A stretch of 48,082 nucleotides of DNA, taken from Campylobacterales bacterium. GTDB lineage: Bacteria; Campylobacterota; Campylobacteria; Campylobacterales; JALSKU01. The position numbers and the translations under genes were made by a program. The notes under the pieces were generated by a model that was not told where the DNA came from, did no database searches, and worked only from the letters and a program-made list of their open reading frames with translations. The stretch is from assembly GCA_026988685.1 (NCBI GenBank), contig JALSKU010000153.1, positions 1-48,082 of the forward strand, written 5' to 3'. This document shows, in pieces, positions 44,188 through 48,082 of this stretch (the first letter of the stretch is position 1; the number at the start of each line of letters is the position of its first letter).

Positions 44188-45592
44188 TCAACTCATCCAG
44201 TGAGCTTAGAAGTGCTTGGAGTTTGTTTTGTACTTCAAGATATTCAAGCTCTTTTTTGCTATCTGCAACTATGCCGGCACCCGCTTGAAACACTATCTTG
44301 TTATCATCCAGATAAGATGTCCTTATGACTATGGCACTATCTAAATTTCCGTCAAAACCAAAGTATCCTATAACTCCACTGTAGTAACTTCTTTTTAATT
44401 TTTCTATATCGGCTATAAGTTCCATGGCTCTTATTTTGGGAGTTCCTGTCATTGTTCCGGCTGTAAAAGTGGAAGCGAAAAGATCAAACATATCATACCT
44501 TTCATCCAAAACAGCTTCTATATCACTTACCATATGCATAACATGGGAGTATCTCTCTACTCTCATCATATCTTTTACTTTAACACTTCCTACTTTTGCA
44601 ACTCTGCCTACATCGTTTCTGCCAAGATCTATAAGCATCAAATGCTCAGCTCTCTCTTTTTCGTCATTTAACATATCAAGTTCGAGCTCCAAATCTCTGT
44701 TGATATTATCACCTCTTTTTCTTGTACCTGCGATCGGTCTTAAAAGTATATGGTTATCCTTAAGTGCTACCATAACTTCAGGAGAGCTGCCTACGATGGA
44801 AAAGTTTTTATAATCCATTAGATACATATATGGAGATGGATTTTTACTTCTTAGGATCCTGTAAAAGCTTAGCTTGTCTATTTTGCAAGGTTGAGTAAAT
44901 CTATTGGATAGGACTATTTGAAAAATATCTCCACTTCGTATCATCTCTTTTGCACTTTCAACCATACTGAAAAATCTCTCTTTTGAGAATTCAAAATAGC
45001 CTCTATCTTTATCTATCTTACTCTTTGAAAGTTTTGTGGGAGAAAATGGTTTGGATAATGCATCTATAATTTTACCAAAATGTTTTAGTTTGTCATTTAT
45101 CTCACTTATGATGGTAAGTTTATTATTTTTATGTGAAAAAGCTATGGTGATTTTTGGTCTGATGAGCTTCATATCGGGCATATCAAGTTCATCCTTTAGA
45201 TTTGCCATGTGAGGTTCCAATCTGGGCTCAAACACCTTTGCCATATCGTAGCCGACATATCCAATAAAACCATCTACGAAGCCAACTTTTGCCTTTTTAC
45301 TTAACTCTCTATACTTTTCAAACTCTATACTTTTATAGTATTTCTTTAAAAATATAAAAGGATTTTTTTCTATTTCTCTTCTGTTGCCTACTTCATTTTT
45401 ATAGAAGCTTTTCCCATTTTTATGAACGATGCTTTCTCTTTCTCCTATAAAAATAAAAGAGAAGTTGCCGTCACTTGTGTTAATAGCACTCTCAAAGAGT
45501 AGAGTCGTTTCATCCGGGTATATCTTTTTTATAGTTTGATATATGGCTATAGGAGTTAACTGATCAAAAAGTATGCTTTTAAACTCTACCAT
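44180..45592 (-). CDS. Chorismate-utilising enzyme, anthranilate synthase component I family (TrpE/PabB-like)
   Basis: 470 aa with GDIFQIVLSNRF, SPEVMV, PIAGTRKRG, AEHLMLIDLGRNDVG and a GGAYGG-like YSGVIGYFGF. No trpD or trpG neighbour is present, so TrpE cannot be distinguished from PabB here. Confidence 0.75.
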   Translation of the reverse strand: MVEFKSILFDQLTPIAIYQTIKKIYPDETTLLFESAINTSDGNFSFIFIGERESIVHKNGKSFYKNEVGNRREIEKNPFIFLKKYYKSIEFEKYRELSKKAKVGFVDGFIGYVGYDMAKVFEPRLEPHMANLKDELDMPDMKLIRPKITIAFSHKNNKLTIISEINDKLKHFGKIIDALSKPFSPTKLSKSKIDKDRGYFEFSKERFFSMVESAKEMIRSGDIFQIVLSNRFTQPCKIDKLSFYRILRSKNPSPYMYLMDYKNFSIVGSSPEVMVALKDNHILLRPIAGTRKRGDNINRDLELELDMLNDEKERAEHLMLIDLGRNDVGRVAKVGSVKVKDMMRVERYSHVMHMVSDIEAVLDERYDMFDLFASTFTAGTMTGTPKIRAMELIADIEKLKRSYYSGVIGYFGFDGNLDSAIVIRTSYLDDNKIVFQAGAGIVADSKKELEYLEVQNKLQALLSSLDELSE

Positions 45593-45597
45593 TTTAC

Positions 45598-46266
45598 CTA
45601 CTTGATAATGTATATAAAAGCTGCTTTATTGATGCTTTTTTTGATTTTTGCCAGACCTGCTCTGGCAGATTTTTTACTTTTATATGGTCCTATCAGTATC
45701 TTTGTTGCATTTTTACCTGAGATTTTAAGTTTATACAATCTATAATGATATCCGGCAGCAGTTATCTTTTTTAGGTATTTTTTGTCAGGCTTGGTTCTAA
45801 ATGTTACGCCAACTTGGACATACACCCCTTTGTTCGCACCTGTTACATTTGTCTTGATTATTTTTTTATCTGTTTTAGGCTTGCTCTTTATCTGGCTTTG
45901 TATCTCTGTCTTTACTTTATTTACAACTTTTGTACTGTTTACCTCTTTTTGTTTTTCTCTGTTTTTTAGCTTTTCAACCATTGCATTGAAGCTATTTTTT
46001 TTATCTGTAACATTTTCCTCGATGATAGGAACCTGTTTAAAAAGATCCTCTTTTGTACTACTGGTTTTGGCTGATGGTTCAGGAGGAAGAACAATATTAA
46101 AATTGTTTTTTTTCACTTCAGGTTTATTAAAAAGTTTCATTCCGACTAATGCAATTAGAAAAAGAACTATCAATAGAACAACAAAAAGCAAGATTTTTCT
46201 CTTTTTTGCGGGGTTTGAGCCTCTTTTATCTAGCATTATATCACTTAATTCATTTTTTTCATCCAT
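45598..46266 (-). CDS. SPOR-domain membrane-anchored protein
   Basis: A single TM segment (ILLFVVLLIVLFLIALVGM), a Lys-rich linker and a C-terminal SPOR-like domain (GVYVQVGVTFRTKPD...ILIGPYKSKKSARAGLAKIKK). Confidence 0.7.
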   Translation of the reverse strand: MDEKNELSDIMLDKRGSNPAKKRKILLFVVLLIVLFLIALVGMKLFNKPEVKKNNFNIVLPPEPSAKTSSTKEDLFKQVPIIEENVTDKKNSFNAMVEKLKNREKQKEVNSTKVVNKVKTEIQSQIKSKPKTDKKIIKTNVTGANKGVYVQVGVTFRTKPDKKYLKKITAAGYHYRLYKLKISGKNATKILIGPYKSKKSARAGLAKIKKSINKAAFIYIIK

Positions 46267-46278
46267 TTTTGTCTCCTT

Positions 46279-46821
46279 TTACATATGCCTTGACCAAGAT
46301 GATCCTCTCTCTTTTTTATAAACCTCATAAGGTAAAACCAATATATTAAACTCCCTTGGTATGTCCGGGTTTGGAAACATTTTCCACTGCCTTGGCATCT
46401 TTTGCTGTAGTTTTGTAGAGAGTAATTTTGCCAGTTGATAACCCTCTTGCAAGGTTGTATGTCCTTTATGAACATAGAGATGAAGGTGTCCCTGGGTTTT
46501 ACTTTTGTAAGCTGTAAAATTTATATATCCCTCTTCCCTAAGCATCAATTGAGCTCTATGCCAAAACCTCTCGGGGTCCCTTCCGTTGTAGTCAAATACT
46601 ATATTTTCAACTATATCTCTATCTGATATCAAAGAGTGAGCAACTGTTATCTTTCTCTCATCATGTTCATTCATGACTTGTCTAGTAAGCGTAGAATCAA
46701 CCCTCTCAAACTTATCAAAGAAAAGTTTCCCTTTATAGTTAATCTTATTGACTATTTTATCTCTTTTGATATAGTAATATTTTGTTATTATCTTTATAAG
46801 GGTTACATCTACGCTATACAA
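46279..46821 (-). CDS. Conserved Campylobacterota protein of unknown function (probably the DUF1882 family, located between glyA and the SPOR protein)
   Basis: 180-aa ORF. Its position relative to glyA and the SPOR protein matches the C. jejuni Cj0402-Cj0404 and H. pylori HP0183-HP0185 neighbourhoods. The family name is recalled from memory. Confidence 0.5.
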   Translation of the reverse strand: MYSVDVTLIKIITKYYYIKRDKIVNKINYKGKLFFDKFERVDSTLTRQVMNEHDERKITVAHSLISDRDIVENIVFDYNGRDPERFWHRAQLMLREEGYINFTAYKSKTQGHLHLYVHKGHTTLQEGYQLAKLLSTKLQQKMPRQWKMFPNPDIPREFNILVLPYEVYKKERGSSWSRHM

Positions 46822-46830
46822 TTTTTTCTC

Positions 46831-48078
46831 CTAAAAAGTTGGTCTGTCATAAATGATAAAATTTTTAGCTAAAGCTGTTAGCTCCTCTTTTATACTTTTT
46901 TGAAGCTCGATATTTTCTATATCATCCAGTATATCGGCTATTTTATTAGCGATCAATTCAAACTCTTTTTCTTTCATACCTCTGCTAGTAAGCGCAGGCG
47001 AGCCTATCCTTATACCACTTGTTACAAACGGGCTTCTTGTTTCTCCAGGGACTGTATTTTTGTTGACAGTGATCCCTGCATTACCAAGAGCTATATCCGC
47101 ATCTTTTCCGCTAAACTCTTTTCCTAAAAAAGAGACCAGTATGAGGTGGTTGTCTGTTCCACCACTAACGACATTATACCCTCTTTTTATTAAAACTTCA
47201 GATAGTTTTTTGGCATTTGCTTTTACTTGCTTTGCATACTCTTTCCAACTTGGCTTTAAATTATATCCAAAACCTACCGCCTTTGCCGCTATGACATGAA
47301 CTAAAGGACCACCTTGGATACCCGGAAAAATAGCGCTATTTATCTTTTTAGCCAAATCTTCATCATTTGTCAGTATCAAGCCGCCTCTAGGACCTCTTAA
47401 AGTTTTATGGGTAGTTGTTGTTACTACATGACAGTGAGGAAAAGGGTGAGGATGTTCACCGGCTACTACAAGTCCTGCTATATGTGCAACATCAGCAAAA
47501 AGATAAGCACCTACTTCATCTGCAATCTCTCTAAACTTCTTAAAATCAATCTCTCTTGGATAAGCACTTGCTCCACAAACTATAATCTTTGGCTGAACAA
47601 TTTTAGCTATTTTTCTAACTTCATCATAATCTATAAAACCATCTTTGTTGACACCATAAAAAAAGCTAGAGTATGTTTTTCCTGAACTGCTTACTTTTGA
47701 GCCGTGAGTTAAGTGTCCTCCTTGAGATAAATCCATTCCAAGTATCTTATTATAAGGCTTTAAGAGTGCTTGATAAACACCTTGGTTGGCTTGACTTCCT
47801 GAATTTGGTTGAACATTTGCAAAGTTACAGTTGAAGAGTTTGCAAGCTCTATCTATTGCTAACTGCTCCACTTTATCTGCGTACTCGCATCCTCCATAGT
47901 ATCTTTTGTTTGGATAACCTTCTGCGTATTTATTGGTAAAAACACTGCCATGGGCTTCCATAACTGCCGGAAAAGTAAAATTTTCACTGGCAATCATTTC
48001 CAAATGATCACTTTGTCTTTTTAACTCTTGTTCGCATAACTCATAAACTTCAAAATCTTCATCTTTTAAAAAACTCAT
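46831..48078 (-). CDS. glyA: Serine hydroxymethyltransferase
   Basis: 415 aa with the PLP-lysine context [16 protein letters not shown] and the N-terminus [17 protein letters not shown]. Confidence 0.97.
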   Translation of the reverse strand: MSFLKDEDFEVYELCEQELKRQSDHLEMIASENFTFPAVMEAHGSVFTNKYAEGYPNKRYYGGCEYADKVEQLAIDRACKLFNCNFANVQPNSGSQANQGVYQALLKPYNKILGMDLSQGGHLTHGSKVSSSGKTYSSFFYGVNKDGFIDYDEVRKIAKIVQPKIIVCGASAYPREIDFKKFREIADEVGAYLFADVAHIAGLVVAGEHPHPFPHCHVVTTTTHKTLRGPRGGLILTNDEDLAKKINSAIFPGIQGGPLVHVIAAKAVGFGYNLKPSWKEYAKQVKANAKKLSEVLIKRGYNVVSGGTDNHLILVSFLGKEFSGKDADIALGNAGITVNKNTVPGETRSPFVTSGIRIGSPALTSRGMKEKEFELIANKIADILDDIENIELQKSIKEELTALAKNFIIYDRPTF

Positions 48079-48082
48079 TTTA

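Noticed and set aside
1-48082. A CRISPR array or cas genes that would explain the Csx1-like gene
   Set aside because: I scanned both strands by eye for regularly spaced direct repeats of 24-40 nt and for Cas-like ORFs (Cas10, Cas7/Csm/Cmr, Cas1/2, Cas6) and found none. The only repeated sequences are the IS inverted repeats and the inverted-repeat elements reported above.

Overview
The window is an AT-rich, gene-dense chromosomal segment that looks like Campylobacterota (epsilonproteobacteria). The evidence for that placement is a PglB oligosaccharyltransferase with the WWDYG motif, fliL-acpS and cheX-like/fliN/fliO-like flagellar operons, and glyA / DUF1882-like / SPOR-protein synteny as in Campylobacter and Helicobacter. 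Most of the window is housekeeping: upp and a uracil permease, argD, radA, ftsY, rny, gltBD, accD, rlmH, dus, uvrA, polA, dnaJ, recR, aroE, a trpE-like gene and glyA. I found no rRNA gene, tRNA gene or CRISPR array.

The only clearly accessory patch is about 16.4-20.7 kb. It holds a decayed IS256-family element (16444-17887) next to a minus-strand cassette wedged against recO. The cassette encodes three products:
- a 2TM + MORN-repeat protein (19420-20610);
- a stand-alone Csx1/Csm6-like protein (18090-19469, 50-nt overlap with the MORN gene), with an N-terminal CARF DxTHG signature and a C-terminal HEPN Rx4H motif;
- a 58-aa zinc-ribbon mini-ORF (17864-18040) that is absent from the supplied ORF track and whose 3' end runs into the IS inverted repeat.

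The window contains no cas genes, CRISPR array or recognisable cyclase. I therefore flag this orphan CARF-HEPN / MORN-membrane / Zn-ribbon module as the best candidate for an undescribed defence or toxin-type system, possibly truncated by the IS.

Other items worth a second look:
- two highly structured elements bounded by inverted repeats, in convergent intergenic regions (31681-31952 and 40689-41039);
- a nested-hairpin leader upstream of gltBD;
- two odd GC-rich 35-38-nt insertions that bracket the conserved CIVH segment of the IS256 transposase;
- an atypically G-rich spacer between ftsY and radA.

All calls come from reading the translations and the sequence by eye. No database search, folding or composition calculation was run.
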